DNA of 64,000 nt from an uncultured Enterobacteriaceae bacterium (lineage in GTDB: Bacteria; Pseudomonadota; Gammaproteobacteria; Burkholderiales; SG8-39): the NCBI GenBank assembly GCA_964617355.1, contig CAZTXP010000146.1:6371-70370 (forward strand), given 5' to 3'. The position numbers and the translations under genes were made by a program. Shown in pieces: positions 1-9,542 of this stretch (its first letter is position 1; each line of letters begins with the position of its first letter). The notes under the pieces were generated by a model. The model was not told where the DNA came from, did no database searches, and worked only from the letters and a program-made list of their open reading frames with translations.

Positions 1-250
1 CGGTCACCGCGTTCAGCATGCTGGCGGCGACCCGGTTGGCGAACTTCACGAGGCCGTCCCGGCCGACGATGAGCAGCGCGTCGCCGAGCTGGTCGAACAG
101 GTTCCTGATCGCAGGGCTCACGAAATCGACTTTTCGTCCGTTGTACGGATTGGGTATCGGCCTCGCGTCGCGAGGCCTTTAGCACTTTTGCTTTGTTTTG
201 CCGGATTTGCGCCGTTAAGAAGGCATGGCCCCGCGGAGGAAATCGCAAAA

Positions 251-904
251 ATGAACAATCTGACAGTGGAAACCGGTGCGAACGAGTCCTTGATGGATCC
301 CGAGGGCGAATTCCTCACCACCCGCGAGGCGGCCGAGCGGCTTGGCGTCGCCCTGCGCACGGCCCAGCTCTGGGTCGAGTCCGGGGCCTTGCCGGCCTGG
401 AAGACGGTCGGAGGCCACCGCCGCATTCCCGCCGCCGCGGTGGACGCGATGCGCGCTTCGCGCGTCGTCTCGCGACCGCGGCACGACGCGCCGCCGGAGC
501 CTTTCCGCCTGCTGGCGGTCGAGGACGACGCGATGATCCTGAAGCTCTTCCACCTGATGGTGTCGTCGTGGGAACTGCCGCTCGAACTCAAGCTCGCCCA
601 CGACGGCTTCGAGGCCCTGCCGCTGGTGGCCTCGTGGCGGCCGCACCTGCTGGTCACCGACCTCTTCATGCCGGGCATGGACGGTTTCCGCATGATCCGC
701 TCGCTGCGCGACAATCCGGACAACGCGGCGCTGGAGATCGTCGTCGTCAGCGGGCTGACAGCCGGCGAGATCGAGGAAAAGGGGGGGCTGCCCAAGGGCG
801 TGCTCCTGCTGCCCAAGCCGGTACCCTTCGAGAAGCTGGAAGCGCTGGTGCGCACCCGGCTCGCGGAGCGGGCCGGGCACGAGCCGATGCGCAAGTCCGC
901 CTGA
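251..904 (+). CDS. Response regulator: N-terminal excisionase/MerR-like HTH fused to CheY-like receiver domain
   Basis: ATG at 251 inside ORF 188..904. HTH signature TTREAAERLGV..LWVESG..HRRIP, then receiver domain with phospho-acceptor Asp in LLVTDLFMPGMDG. Confidence 0.75.
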   Translation: MNNLTVETGANESLMDPEGEFLTTREAAERLGVALRTAQLWVESGALPAWKTVGGHRRIPAAAVDAMRASRVVSRPRHDAPPEPFRLLAVEDDAMILKLFHLMVSSWELPLELKLAHDGFEALPLVASWRPHLLVTDLFMPGMDGFRMIRSLRDNPDNAALEIVVVSGLTAGEIEEKGGLPKGVLLLPKPVPFEKLEALVRTRLAERAGHEPMRKSA

Positions 905-1001
905 CCCCGGCAGGGGGGGCCGGCCCCGGGTGCCCGCGCAGGCGCGGCGGCCCGGAGGCTGGCAAAATCGCGCCTTCACGGCAGGGAGGCCGATGGGAAT
1001 G

Positions 1002-1346
1002 AAGGTCCGCATCTACGGGATCCCCAACTGCGACACCATGAAGAAGGCGTTCGCCTGGCTGGAGGCGAACGGCGTGGAGTACGACTTCCACGACTACAAG
1101 AAGGACGGGGTGCCCTCGGAGCGCCTCAAGTCATGGGCGTCGAAGGCGGGCTGGGAAAAGCTGTGCAATTCGCGCGGCCCGACGTGGCGCAAGATCCCCG
1201 ACGCCGAGAAGGTCGGGCTGGACGAGCAGAAGGCCCTGCGCCTGCTCGCCAAGTACCCGAGCGCGATCAAGCGCCCGGTGGCCGAGGCCGGCGTGCGCCT
1301 GCAGGTCGGCTTCGAGCCCGACGCCTTCGCGCGCCTGCTGAAGTAG
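1002..1346 (+). CDS. ArsC/Spx-family thiol reductase-like protein (YffB-like)
   Basis: MKVRIYGIPNCDTMKKAF..KRPV motif within ORF 930..1346, with an internal ATG after an RBS-like GGGAGG. Confidence 0.75.
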   Translation, partial: KVRIYGIPNCDTMKKAFAWLEANGVEYDFHDYKKDGVPSERLKSWASKAGWEKLCNSRGPTWRKIPDAEKVGLDEQKALRLLAKYPSAIKRPVAEAGVRLQVGFEPDAFARLLK

Positions 1347-1349
1347 CGC

Positions 1350-2741
1350 TCAGCCCCCGGCCGGTGGCGGCGGAGGCGCTTCGCCGCGCAATCGCGCGCG
1401 CACCAGCCTGATGTGCTGGCGCAGGTCGTACAGCTCGCTGGTGTAGGCGAGCGGCATCGGGATGCGCTCGACCTTGGCGTCGAGCCTGTCCACCCGCTGC
1501 AGCAGGTCCTCGCGGTCGGCGCCGTCGCGGCCGATGGCGTCCTCGATCTCGCGGATGTCGCGATACCAGCGGAACACCCGCGAGCGCACGCGGAAGGCGT
1601 AGAGCGGCGGCACCACGCGCGACAGCGGGATCAGCGCGGCGAGGATCGACACCAGCGCCACCCACATCCGGTCGACCAGGTTCGCGGCCCAGAACGGCAG
1701 GTAGCGCTGCAGCACCGGCGGCCCGGTGCGGTAGAAGCGCTCGGCTTCCGGCGACAGCGGGAACTCGCTCTGCCGGCTCGACGGGAACTGGCCGGCGCGC
1801 GCGATCCAGCCGGCGCTGCCGTGGACGCGCGCGGCGGCCTGCACGAGGAGTTGCTGCAGCGCCGGGTGGGTGTCCTCGCGCACCACGAGCGAGGTGGTTG
1901 CCGCGAGCAGCGGGATGTCGTGCGGCGGCACGTCTCGGCCGACGTCGGCGACGCCGCGCGGCAGGGTCACCGGGCTGAGGTACGCGCGACGCCGCGCATA
2001 GGCCTCGGCCTGCGGGAACTCGAACACGCGGATGCCGGGCGTCTGCAGCAGCATCTGCACCAGCGGCGACTCGGGCGCGGAGACGAGCACGATCGCGTCC
2101 TGCTGCCCTTCGAGCAGCGCGGCCACCGCGGGCGTGGGCTCGAGGCGGCTCCTGATCACCTCCTCGCGATCGACGAGGTTGTCGGCGAGGAGCCGCGTGA
2201 AGAGCCCCGGCGAGCCGCTGCCGCGCGCGCCGACGTTGACCTTCATGCCGCGGAACTGCGCGAGTTGCGCGAGCACCGGCTCCTTGCGCGCGGCCTTGGC
2301 CGCCTCCTCTCGGTAGAAGATCCACACCGGCTCGTAGAACAGGCTCCCCAGCGACACCAGCGGCAGCTCGGCAGCCTCCTGCTCCGGCGTCCTCGCCTGC
2401 GTGGACTCGCTCGAGCCGCCCTGCACGAACGCGGCGTCGACGTTCTCCTTGGCGTTGTGCAGCAGGCGCAGGTTCTCGCGCGCGCCGGGCGTGGCGCGCA
2501 GCTCGACCTCGATGCCGTGCTTCTTCAGCTCGGCCTTGTAGCGCGCGCCGAAGGCTGCGTAGGCGCTCTGGTCCGGGCCGGTGGCCAGCACCAGCCGCTT
2601 GGGCGGCGTGGGCCGCAGCGCGAAGTACGCGATCGCGAGCAGCACCAGCGCGAGCGCCACGAAGGGCCCGAGCGTGATGGCGAGGTCGCGCGCCGAGACG
2701 AGCGTGTTGCGAACGAGGTGGCGGACGCGGGGTGGGGCCAT
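1350..2741 (-). CDS. TAXI-family TRAP-type solute-binding domain protein, membrane anchored (N- and C-terminal TM helices), orphan
   Basis: Start ATG at 2739..2741 (MAPPRVRHL) within the longer ORF 1350..3245. TAXI-like periplasmic binding fold, with hydrophobic helices at both ends and a charged C-terminal tail. No permease neighbour. Confidence 0.65.
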   Translation of the reverse strand: MAPPRVRHLVRNTLVSARDLAITLGPFVALALVLLAIAYFALRPTPPKRLVLATGPDQSAYAAFGARYKAELKKHGIEVELRATPGARENLRLLHNAKENVDAAFVQGGSSESTQARTPEQEAAELPLVSLGSLFYEPVWIFYREEAAKAARKEPVLAQLAQFRGMKVNVGARGSGSPGLFTRLLADNLVDREEVIRSRLEPTPAVAALLEGQQDAIVLVSAPESPLVQMLLQTPGIRVFEFPQAEAYARRRAYLSPVTLPRGVADVGRDVPPHDIPLLAATTSLVVREDTHPALQQLLVQAAARVHGSAGWIARAGQFPSSRQSEFPLSPEAERFYRTGPPVLQRYLPFWAANLVDRMWVALVSILAALIPLSRVVPPLYAFRVRSRVFRWYRDIREIEDAIGRDGADREDLLQRVDRLDAKVERIPMPLAYTSELYDLRQHIRLVRARLRGEAPPPPPAGG

Positions 2742-2783
2742 GCGGCGGGGGAGCGGCGATTGCGACGGGAGGATAATGCCCGA

Positions 2784-3191
2784 ATGCCGAGCCGCTGGAC
2801 CATCCCCGAGGACGAGTACGAACTCACCGCCGTGCGCGCCTCGGGCGCGGGCGGCCACCACGTCAACAAGGTCTCGAGCGCGGTGCACCTGCGCTTCGGC
2901 ATCGCCGGGTCGTCGCTGCCCGACGGCGTCAAGGCGCGGCTCGCGGCGCTGAAGGACCATCGCCTGACGGCGGATGGCTGCGTGGTGATCAAGGCCCAGG
3001 AACACCGCAGCCAGGACCTCAACCGCGCCGCCGCGGTGGCGCGCCTGCACGAGCTGGTGCGCTCGGTCTGGTCGGCGCCCCGCAAGCGCGTGCCGACCCG
3101 GCCCTCGCGGGCGGCGAAGGCGAAGCGGGTAGACACGAAGATACGGCGCGGGCGCGTCAAGGCGCTGCGGGGGCGAGTGGCGGGGGATTGA
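2784..3191 (+). CDS. arfB: Alternative ribosome-rescue factor ArfB (YaeJ)-like peptidyl-tRNA hydrolase; catalytic motif reads GGH not GGQ
   Basis: 135 aa, collinear with E. coli YaeJ as recalled: ..TAVRASGAGGHHVNKVSSAVHLRF.. plus a basic C-terminal tail RRGRVKALRGRV. ATG at 2784. Confidence 0.8.
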   Translation: MPSRWTIPEDEYELTAVRASGAGGHHVNKVSSAVHLRFGIAGSSLPDGVKARLAALKDHRLTADGCVVIKAQEHRSQDLNRAAAVARLHELVRSVWSAPRKRVPTRPSRAAKAKRVDTKIRRGRVKALRGRVAGD

Positions 3192-3290
3192 CGCCGATCG
3201 TCGTCCGAGCAAAGTGCCGGACAGCCGGCAAAGACTTCGGCGCACGGAAGGAATACCCTAGTCGCCTGAAGGCCCGTCAGGGGGGGGCAC

Positions 3291-4619
3291 ATGCAGATCG
3301 TCGCGCGCTGGATCGGTTCCGGGTTCCTGTGCTTCGCCGCGTTGGCGCAGGCCGCGCCGGCAGACGACGTCCGCGCGCTGCTCGAGCAGGGGCGCTCCGC
3401 CGAGGCGTATGCCCTGGGCCAGAAGCACCCGGAAGAGCTCGGCAAGGCGGAGTTCGACTTCTACTACGGCATCGCCTCCACCGACAGCGGCCACGCGGGC
3501 GAGGGCGTGCTGGCGCTGGAGCGCTACGTGGTGCAGTTCCCCGACAACATCCGCGCGCGGCTCGAGCTCGCGCGCGCCTACTTCGTGCTCGGCGAGATGG
3601 TGCGGGCGCGCGAGGAGTTCGACAACGTCTCGCGCCGCAAGCCGCCGGCCGAGGTGCAGGCGACGATCGACCGTTTCATGGATTCGATCCGCGCCCAGGA
3701 GTCGCGCTACACGCCGACCGCGACCGCGTGGCTCGAGGCGGGCGGAGGCTACGACAGCAACGTCAACAGCGGCGTCGGCAACGGCATCATCGCGGTGCCG
3801 GCGCTGGGCGGCCTGCAGCTGCAGCTGGCGGCGGCGGGCGTGAAGAGCGGCAGCAGCTTCGGCTGGCTCGCCGGCGGCGCGCAGGGCTCGCTGCCGGTGG
3901 CGCCCGGCGTGGCGCTGCTGGGCGGCGTGCAGTTCGACGCCAAGTTCCAGTCGAATGCCTTCGATCGCCAGTTCGACCAGACCAACCTCGGCGCGTACGG
4001 CGGCGTGTCGGTGATCAAGGACCGCGACCTGTGGCGCGCGACCGCGTCGTACTCGACGCTGTCGGTCGACTACAACCGCTTCCGCAACGTCGGCGCGCTC
4101 GGCGGCGAGTGGCACCGGCAGGTGGACGAACTCAATACCGCGTCGGTGTTCGCGCAGTACGCGCGCATGGACTACCCGTCCAGCCCGGTGCGCGACTCCG
4201 ACTTCTTCGCCGTCGGCGCAGGCTGGCGGCGCGCGTTCACGCACCGGCTGCAGCCGGTGGTGCAGCTGCAGGGCCTCGTCGGCCGCGAGTAGAACGACGC
4301 CTCGCCCGGCCCGGTGCGCGACGACCTGAGCCGCAACCTCTACACGCTGCGGGCCGGCGTGAGCCTGACGCCGGCACCCGCCTGGGGCCTGTCGGCGGGC
4401 CTGAACTACACGCGCAGCGACTTCCGCGCCAACGACCCGCTGTTCGTGCAGACCCGGAAGGACGACTACTACGGCGTCGACGCCACGGTGTCGTACCGCT
4501 GGACCAAGGCGCTGCAGGTGCGCGGCGAGTTCACCTACTCCGACAACCGCTCCAACCTCGCGCTGTACAAGTACGACCGCGGCATGGTCGCGGTCAAAGT
4601 GCGCTACGACTTCCAGTGA
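3291..4619 (+). pseudogene. Outer-membrane TPR + beta-barrel protein (YaiO/Slam-like) interrupted by in-frame TAG at 4290..4292
   Basis: ORF 3291..4292 (signal peptide, TPR-like N-terminus, barrel strands) and ORF 4314..4619 (C-terminal barrel ending YDFQ) share one reading frame. A single amber codon separates them. Confidence 0.55.
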
Positions 4620-4626
4620 GGCCGCG

Positions 4627-6276
4627 ATGATCCGAACCGCGCTGCGCATCCTCGTCCTCGGCCTCGCCGCGCTGCCGGCGCTGGCGCAATCCCCGCAGCC
4701 CGCCGGCCGCGTGCTGCTCTCGGTGGGCGAGGTGGTCGCCGAGCGCGGCGGCCAGCGCGTGCCGCTGGCGCTGAACGCCCCGGTGTTCCAGGGCGACACG
4801 ATCCGGCTCGGCCCGTCGAGCAACGCCCAGGTACGCTTGAGCGACCAGTCGGTGGTCGCGCTGCGCGAGCGCACCGCGTTCCGCATCGACGAGTACAAGT
4901 TCGAGGGTGGCGAGGAAGGGCGCGGCATCTTCACGCTGCTCGCCGGCGGCATGCGCACCGTCACCGGCCTGATCGGCCGCGCGGTAGGGCAGCGCGGTAA
5001 CTACGCGGTGAACACCCCGACCTCCACCATCGGCATCCGGGGCACGCACTACACGCTGGTCCATTGCGACAACGACTGCAATGCGCCGAGCGCGAGCGCG
5101 CTGCTGGCGCAGGCGGGTGGCGGCACCGCGACCGACGCGCCGCTGCAGCTCGCGCAGGCGGGCGGCCCGGCGGTGGCGAACGGCACCTACGGCGGCGTCA
5201 CCGACGGCCGCATCAGCGCGGCGCCGAACCTGGCGCCGCAACTGGGCCGCGAGTTCGGGCACGACGAGTACTTCTTCGTCGCCAATGCGAATTCGGCGCC
5301 GCAGAGCCTGATCGCGCCGCCGAGCTTCCTGCACGACCGGCTCTCGGGCCAGTCGCGCACGCAGGGGCAGAAGGGCACCGAGTCCTCCGAGACGCTGGCG
5401 CAGGGCGGCATCAACGCCGAGAGCCGTCCCAATACCGTACCGGAGGGCCCGAAGCCGAGCACCTTCGTGGTGACCGAGCAGAAGACGCCGACGGGGACCA
5501 CGGCCGTGGTCTCTACCGTGCCGACGCACGGCGGCCTCGTCGCGTTCCGCGGGGCCGACGGCAGCATGTCCGGCGGCGGCGCATTCATCACGCCATCGAT
5601 GGTGTCGGTCAATACCTCCGGCAGCAACAAGTACGTGGCCTCGATCAACATCCCGGTCGGCACGCTGACCACGGAGAACCCGATCGCGGCGCCGGGGGCG
5701 GTGGGCACGCTGACGGGCAGCGTGACCGACCTGTTCATCGGTTCCTCGGTCGATATCCTGATGGGCCGCTGGACCTCGGGCAGCTTCACCGACGATACCG
5801 GGACCTCCTCGCTGCAGGGCGGGCTGCACTTCATCTACGGCCCCCTGACCCCGCCGGACACGATCGCGGCGAAGACCGGCACCTTCAACTTCTTCACCGT
5901 GGCCTCGACTACGCCGACGCATAGCACGCTGGGGACGGGGTCGGGCGGATTCGCCACCAGCCTGTCGATCAACTTCACCAACCGGACGGTTTCGATCCCT
6001 TCGGCGTCGCTCTCGTTCGGCTCGCAGTTCTGGTCGCTGCCGTCCATGAATGCGCCGATCCGGATCGTCTCGGGCGTGGGTGCTTCGTTCGATACGGGGA
6101 ACGTATCGGGCGGCAGCTGCAGCGGAGGCGGCTGCGCCGGCAACGTCACTTCGCAGGCGAGCGGCATATTCCTGGGCACCGCCGCGAGCCAGCACCTTGG
6201 CGTGGTCTTCGGCTCGACCAACAACGTCTTCCAGACGCTGCAGGGCGCGAAGGTCTACCAGTGCTCTGGCTGCTGA
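4627..6276 (+). CDS. Secreted FecR-domain protein with long Ser/Thr/Gly-rich C-terminal region
   Basis: Signal peptide MIRTALRILVLGLAALPALAQ. FecR-like block ..RERTAFRIDEYKFEG..IRGTHYTL... About 350 aa of low-complexity S/T/G-rich sequence ending CSGC. Confidence 0.75.
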   Translation: MIRTALRILVLGLAALPALAQSPQPAGRVLLSVGEVVAERGGQRVPLALNAPVFQGDTIRLGPSSNAQVRLSDQSVVALRERTAFRIDEYKFEGGEEGRGIFTLLAGGMRTVTGLIGRAVGQRGNYAVNTPTSTIGIRGTHYTLVHCDNDCNAPSASALLAQAGGGTATDAPLQLAQAGGPAVANGTYGGVTDGRISAAPNLAPQLGREFGHDEYFFVANANSAPQSLIAPPSFLHDRLSGQSRTQGQKGTESSETLAQGGINAESRPNTVPEGPKPSTFVVTEQKTPTGTTAVVSTVPTHGGLVAFRGADGSMSGGGAFITPSMVSVNTSGSNKYVASINIPVGTLTTENPIAAPGAVGTLTGSVTDLFIGSSVDILMGRWTSGSFTDDTGTSSLQGGLHFIYGPLTPPDTIAAKTGTFNFFTVASTTPTHSTLGTGSGGFATSLSINFTNRTVSIPSASLSFGSQFWSLPSMNAPIRIVSGVGASFDTGNVSGGSCSGGGCAGNVTSQASGIFLGTAASQHLGVVFGSTNNVFQTLQGAKVYQCSGC

Positions 6277-6280
6277 CCTG

Positions 6281-7036
6281 CTAGGTCAACGTCTGCCCGC
6301 CGTCGACGGTCAGGGTCTGGCCGGTCATCCAGCTCGCGGCGTCGCTCGCGAGGAACAGCGCCACCGAGGCGATCTCCTCGGGGCGCCCGAAGCGGCCTGA
6401 GGGAATGCGCGCGAGCGTGCCCTCGTAGAGCTTCGGCTCCTCGCGCTTTCTCACGTCCCAGACGCCGCCCTCGAAGTAGATCGAGCCCGGCGCGATGCAG
6501 TTGACGCGGATGCCCTTCTTCGCCAGTGCCGCCGCCTGCGTCTGCGTGTACTGCACGAGCGCGGCCTTCACTGCGCCGTAGGGCGGCGTGCGCACCGACG
6601 GCCGCAGGCCCGCGATCGACGAGATGTGCACGATCGCGCCCTTCGAGTGCTCGAGGAAGGGCATCGCCGCGTGCGAGGCGCGCACCGGGGCCATCAGGTC
6701 GACCGCGACGCTCGAGGCCCAGTCGGCATCCGTGTCGCGATGGCCGAAGGCCGAGGCGTTGTTGACCAGCGCGTCGATGCCGCCGAGCGCCGCCGCGGCC
6801 TCCTGCACGTAGTGCGTGACCGCCGCGCCGTCACCGAGGTCGCAGCGCGCCGCGTGCACCTTGCCGCCCAGCGCTTCGAGCGCTGCGCGGGCCTCGGCGA
6901 GCGAGGCTTCGCCGCGGGCGCAGATCGACACCGAGGCGCCGGCGCTGGCGAAGGCCTTCGCGATCGCGAGGCCGATGCCGCGGCTGCCGCCGCAGACGAT
7001 GGCGCGGCGGCCCTTGAAGTCGAACGTGGCGTGCAT
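6281..7036 (-). CDS. SDR-family short-chain dehydrogenase/reductase
   Basis: GGSRGIGLAIA Rossmann motif and a YxxxK-type SDR active site. 251 aa. Confidence 0.85.
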   Translation of the reverse strand: MHATFDFKGRRAIVCGGSRGIGLAIAKAFASAGASVSICARGEASLAEARAALEALGGKVHAARCDLGDGAAVTHYVQEAAAALGGIDALVNNASAFGHRDTDADWASSVAVDLMAPVRASHAAMPFLEHSKGAIVHISSIAGLRPSVRTPPYGAVKAALVQYTQTQAAALAKKGIRVNCIAPGSIYFEGGVWDVRKREEPKLYEGTLARIPSGRFGRPEEIASVALFLASDAASWMTGQTLTVDGGQTLT

Positions 7037-7073
7037 GGAACCTCCGTGGCGAAAGCCCGGAGTGTATGTCGCC

Positions 7074-7787
7074 TCAGGCCGGGGCGCGCGAAACGGCGAG
7101 CCAGCGCGCGAGCGCCTCGGGGTCGTCGCGCAGCGCGGCCGAGTCCGCCTCGTGCACCACCGCGCCGCGCTCGAGGATCGCCGCGCGGTCGGTCATGCCG
7201 AGCACCTTGCGCGCGTTCTGCTCGACGATGATCGCCGACAGGCCCTCGTCGCGCACGATGCGCCGGATCGCGGCGAGCAGCTCCTCGACGATGATCGGCG
7301 CGAGCCCCTCGAGCGGCTCGTCGAGCAGGATCACGCGCGGGTTCAGCACCAGTGCGCGGCCGACCGCGAGCATCTGCTGCTCGCCGCCGGAGAGGCGGTT
7401 GCCGAGGTTCGCGCGCCGCTCCTCGAGCCGCGGGAAGAGCTGGTACACGCGCGCCGGCGTCCACGGGCCGGGGCGCGCCACCGCGACGAGGTTCTCCTGC
7501 ACGGTGAGGCTGCGGAAGATGTTGCGCTCCTGCGGCACCCAGCCGATGCCGGCCTGCGCGCGATGTTCCGGCGCGAGGCGCGTGAGGTCGCGGCCCGCGA
7601 GGCGGATGCTGCCGCCGAGGTGGCGCGTGACGCCGACGATGGTATTGAGCAACGTCGTCTTGCCCATGCCGTTCCTGCCGAGCAGCGCCAGCGAGCGGCC
7701 TTCCTCGAGGACGAGCGAGACCTCGCGCAGCACCTGCGCCTCGCCGTAGCCGGCCGACACGCGATCGAGGGCGAGGATCTCAGGCAT
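7074..7787 (-). CDS. livF: Branched-chain amino acid ABC transporter ATP-binding protein (LivF-like)
   Basis: Walker A GRNGMGKTT, LSGGEQQ signature, Walker B ILLDEP. Confidence 0.85.
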   Translation of the reverse strand: MPEILALDRVSAGYGEAQVLREVSLVLEEGRSLALLGRNGMGKTTLLNTIVGVTRHLGGSIRLAGRDLTRLAPEHRAQAGIGWVPQERNIFRSLTVQENLVAVARPGPWTPARVYQLFPRLEERRANLGNRLSGGEQQMLAVGRALVLNPRVILLDEPLEGLAPIIVEELLAAIRRIVRDEGLSAIIVEQNARKVLGMTDRAAILERGAVVHEADSAALRDDPEALARWLAVSRAPA

Positions 7788-8535
7788 TCACCGGCTCCTC
7801 GCCGAGGTACACCGCCTTCACGCGCTCGTCGTGCGCGATCTCGGCCGGCGCCCCTTCCGCGAAGATCGTGCCGTTCACCAGCACCGTGATGCGCTCCGCG
7901 AAGCTGAACACGAGGTCCATGTCGTGCTCGATGAAGAGCACCGTGACCGAGCGCGGCAGCGCCGCGACCGCGCCGAGGATCTCGTGGCGCTCGTCCTCCG
8001 GCACGCCCGCGGCCGGCTCGTCGAGCAGCAGCACGCGCGGCTGGCAGACCGCGGCGAGCGCGATCTCGAGCAGCCGCTGCCGGCCGTAGGGCAGGCGCTC
8101 GGTCGGCTCGTGCATGACGTCGACGAGGTGGAAGCGCTCCAGCGCCTCGACGATCGAGTCGTCGACGTTCGAGCGGCTGCCGGCGACGCGCCACCAGTCG
8201 TGCCCGCGCCCCATGCGCTCGGACACCGCGAGGCCGATGGTCTCCAGCGGCGTCAGCGCGCCGAACAGCTGGTTGATCTGGAAGGTGCGCGCGAGGCCCT
8301 TGCGCACGCGACGGTGCGGCGCGAGGTTCGTGATGTCCTCGCCGTCGAGCAGCACCGCGCCGGCATCGGGTACCAGCACGCCGGTGAGCAGGTTGATCAG
8401 CGTGGTCTTGCCGGCGCCGTTCGGCCCGATCAGCGCGTGGCGCGCCCCGCGCGCGATGGCGAGCGAGACGCCGCTGGTGGCCGCGATGCCGCCGAAGCGC
8501 TTCTCCAGCCCGCGGGTCTCGAGCGCGAGGCTCAT
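7780..8535 (-). CDS. livG: Branched-chain amino acid ABC transporter ATP-binding protein (LivG-like)
   Basis: Walker A GPNGAGKTT, Walker B LLLDEPAAG. Overlaps livF by 8 nt. Confidence 0.85.
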   Translation of the reverse strand: MSLALETRGLEKRFGGIAATSGVSLAIARGARHALIGPNGAGKTTLINLLTGVLVPDAGAVLLDGEDITNLAPHRRVRKGLARTFQINQLFGALTPLETIGLAVSERMGRGHDWWRVAGSRSNVDDSIVEALERFHLVDVMHEPTERLPYGRQRLLEIALAAVCQPRVLLLDEPAAGVPEDERHEILGAVAALPRSVTVLFIEHDMDLVFSFAERITVLVNGTIFAEGAPAEIAHDERVKAVYLGEEPVNA

Positions 8536-9542
8536 GCCGACTTCCGGCGGAACGGATTCGCGGCCGCCGCCCAGCGCCCCATGCGCTCGCGGCCGACCAG
8601 CACGATCGCCACCAGCAGCAGGCCGATCCAGAACTGCCAGTACTGCGGCGTCAGAGCGGCGAGCCAGTCCTGCATCAGCTTGAAGCCGATCGCGCCCAGG
8701 ATCCCGCCATAGAGATAGCCCGTGCCGCCGATGATCAGCACCAGCAGCAGGTCGGCCGAGCGATCGAAGGACAGCACGTCCAGCGAACAGAAGGCCGTGG
8801 TCTGCGTGAGGAGCGCACCCGCCACGCCGGCGAATCCCGCCGAGATCGCGTAGATCGCCACCAGCCGCGTCGACACCGGGATGCCGATCGCGCCGGCGCG
8901 CAGCGGGTTGGCCTTGATCGCGAGCAGCGACAGGCCGAAGGGCGAGTACGCGAGCCGTCGCGCGACGAGGAAGAACACGAAGAGCACCGCGAGCGCGTAG
9001 ATGTAGGCCGTGCGCCCGGCGATGTCGAACGCGAACTTGCCGAGCACCGGGGCGATGGTCACGCCCTGCAGGCCGTCGGCGCCGCCGGTGAGCCAGTCGA
9101 GGCGATTCGCGAGTTCGCGCAGCACCATCGCCACGCCGAGGGTCACCATCAGTCGCGTGAGGTCCGAGCCGCGCAGCACGAGGAAGCTGGTGGCGAGGCC
9201 GAGCCCGGCCGCGAGCAGGCCCGAGGCGAGCAGCGCGAGCACCGGCTCGGAGACGAGGTTGTGCTTCGCGAGCAGTCCCGCGGCGTAGGCGCCGAAGCCG
9301 AAGAAGGCCGCGTGTCCAAGCGACACGATGCCGGCATAGCCGAGGATCAGGTCCAGCGACAGCGCGAACAGGGCGAGGATCGCGATCTCGGCGAGGATCA
9401 GGTGCTTGCCCGGCAGCAGGAACACCGAGGCCGCGGCGAGCGCCCAGAACGCGAACTCGAGCGGCCGCCAGCGCGCGCGCTGCGCGAGGTGGTCGGCGAT
9501 GGCCTTGGACAGCACGCCCGCGTGCTCCACCCCGGTGCTCAT
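8532..9542 (-). CDS. livM: Branched-chain amino acid ABC transporter permease (LivM-like)
   Basis: ATG at 9540..9542 overlaps the livH stop (ATGA). Polytopic membrane protein. The longer ORF 8532..10430 is an out-of-frame upstream extension. Confidence 0.8.
   Translation of the reverse strand: MSTGVEHAGVLSKAIADHLAQRARWRPLEFAFWALAAASVFLLPGKHLILAEIAILALFALSLDLILGYAGIVSLGHAAFFGFGAYAAGLLAKHNLVSEPVLALLASGLLAAGLGLATSFLVLRGSDLTRLMVTLGVAMVLRELANRLDWLTGGADGLQGVTIAPVLGKFAFDIAGRTAYIYALAVLFVFFLVARRLAYSPFGLSLLAIKANPLRAGAIGIPVSTRLVAIYAISAGFAGVAGALLTQTTAFCSLDVLSFDRSADLLLVLIIGGTGYLYGGILGAIGFKLMQDWLAALTPQYWQFWIGLLLVAIVLVGRERMGRWAAAANPFRRKSA

Noticed and set aside
1413-3191. 592 aa plus-strand ORF overlapping the TAXI-domain gene
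   Set aside because: High-GC antisense shadow ORF. Only its last 135 codons (arfB, 2784..3191) have protein-like composition and homology.
4290-4292. Programmed amber readthrough or pyrrolysine at the TAG in the OMP gene
   Set aside because: There is no pyl machinery or recoding signal. A nonsense mutation or sequencing error is far more parsimonious.
3258-6195. Long minus-strand ORFs (568 aa and 533 aa) antisense to the OMP and FecR genes
   Set aside because: Low-complexity R/A/G-rich translations typical of the antisense frame in 70% GC DNA. No motifs.
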